A DNA stretch of 64,000 nt from Ophelia neglecta. Its lineage: Eukaryota. The DNA is taken from positions 50,902,001-50,966,000 of the forward strand of contig OZ260663.1 in NCBI GenBank assembly GCA_965285935.1, in the 5' to 3' direction. This document shows, piece by piece, positions 63,331 through 64,000 of the stretch. The notes beneath the pieces were generated by a model. It saw only the letters and a list, made by a program, of their open reading frames with translations, was not told the DNA's origin and did not search any database. The translations under genes and the position numbers were made by a program. Positions within the stretch are counted from its first letter, which is position 1. Each line of letters begins with the position of its first letter.

Positions 63331-64000
63331 GCTCTTTTTGGAGAATTGTTTGGATGGATTCGCATAAATGTGCCAACTACCCATCCCATAGGAGTTTTTC
63401 TTATTTAATCTCCCAGGGTATTCGAAGTACCAATTATCTCGGCCCCATAAGACTACTTTACTAGACTTTAGAATTCCCGCGACATGGACAACTATACAAA
63501 TCTGACAAACATTATCAAAGAGAAATGTAGACTCATCCCAACACAATGGAAACGCAGATGCGCTGAAATGGCAACTGCGAGCCAATTTTTACAAGAATTT
63601 TTTTACCCGCTAAGTTATATCTTAACGAACCCCTTGCAGATCTCTCCAGACTTAGCTGCTTTTTAATTCAAATCACAACCCCTAGTGTACTTAACTCCTG
63701 AAAGAAACCTGTAGACAATTTAGGCAGTTGGCCTGGATTGACAAAAAGGCGACATCGAAGGATGACGGCAATGCATACAAACTACACCTGCCCTGCTCGT
63801 TACAGGTTCTGGAAGATTCGGGCGCAACTCCCGTGAATCTACACGATTTAGGCCCAAGTCATACATGGGGTTTCTAGAAAGACATATGTTTAAATTGTTA
63901 TCACCCTGATTACGATAACTTGTATCGACGACAAGGTGACGTGTGGTGTTTTACAGGTAAATGTACTGTTGATCGTTATTATTGAAAGCTGGTCAATAGT

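Overview
This is eukaryotic (bilaterian invertebrate-like) genomic DNA: AT-rich, with GT-AG spliceosomal introns, so the unspliced ORF track is mostly noise. I reconstructed three complete + strand genes by hand. Two are tandem 7-exon cytosolic alpha-carbonic anhydrases (CA-A 12303-16668, CA-B 24817-28299; 270 aa each, about 77% identical). The third is a 39-exon IFT172 (30829-52105; 1752 aa). The rest holds a decayed Gypsy integrase remnant, several non-autonomous DNA transposons (one young hAT element with a perfect 8-bp TSD), minisatellites, a ~680-bp decayed palindrome, and a probable promoter with a CTCF motif near 60.5 kb. The most interesting signals: (1) CA-B has lost the proton-shuttle His64 (now Arg, plus Asn62Ser) but keeps all Zn ligands, and appears to have its own dual-promoter/uORF control; (2) both CAs have Gly at position 118 next to Zn-ligand His119; (3) composition is sharply mosaic, with the IFT172 body CpG-depleted and nearly free of the palindrome TAGGCCTA, which is strongly enriched elsewhere. 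I found no CRISPR, rRNA, tRNA or prokaryotic-type system. I cannot claim a wholly new biological system; the diverged CA pair is the best candidate.
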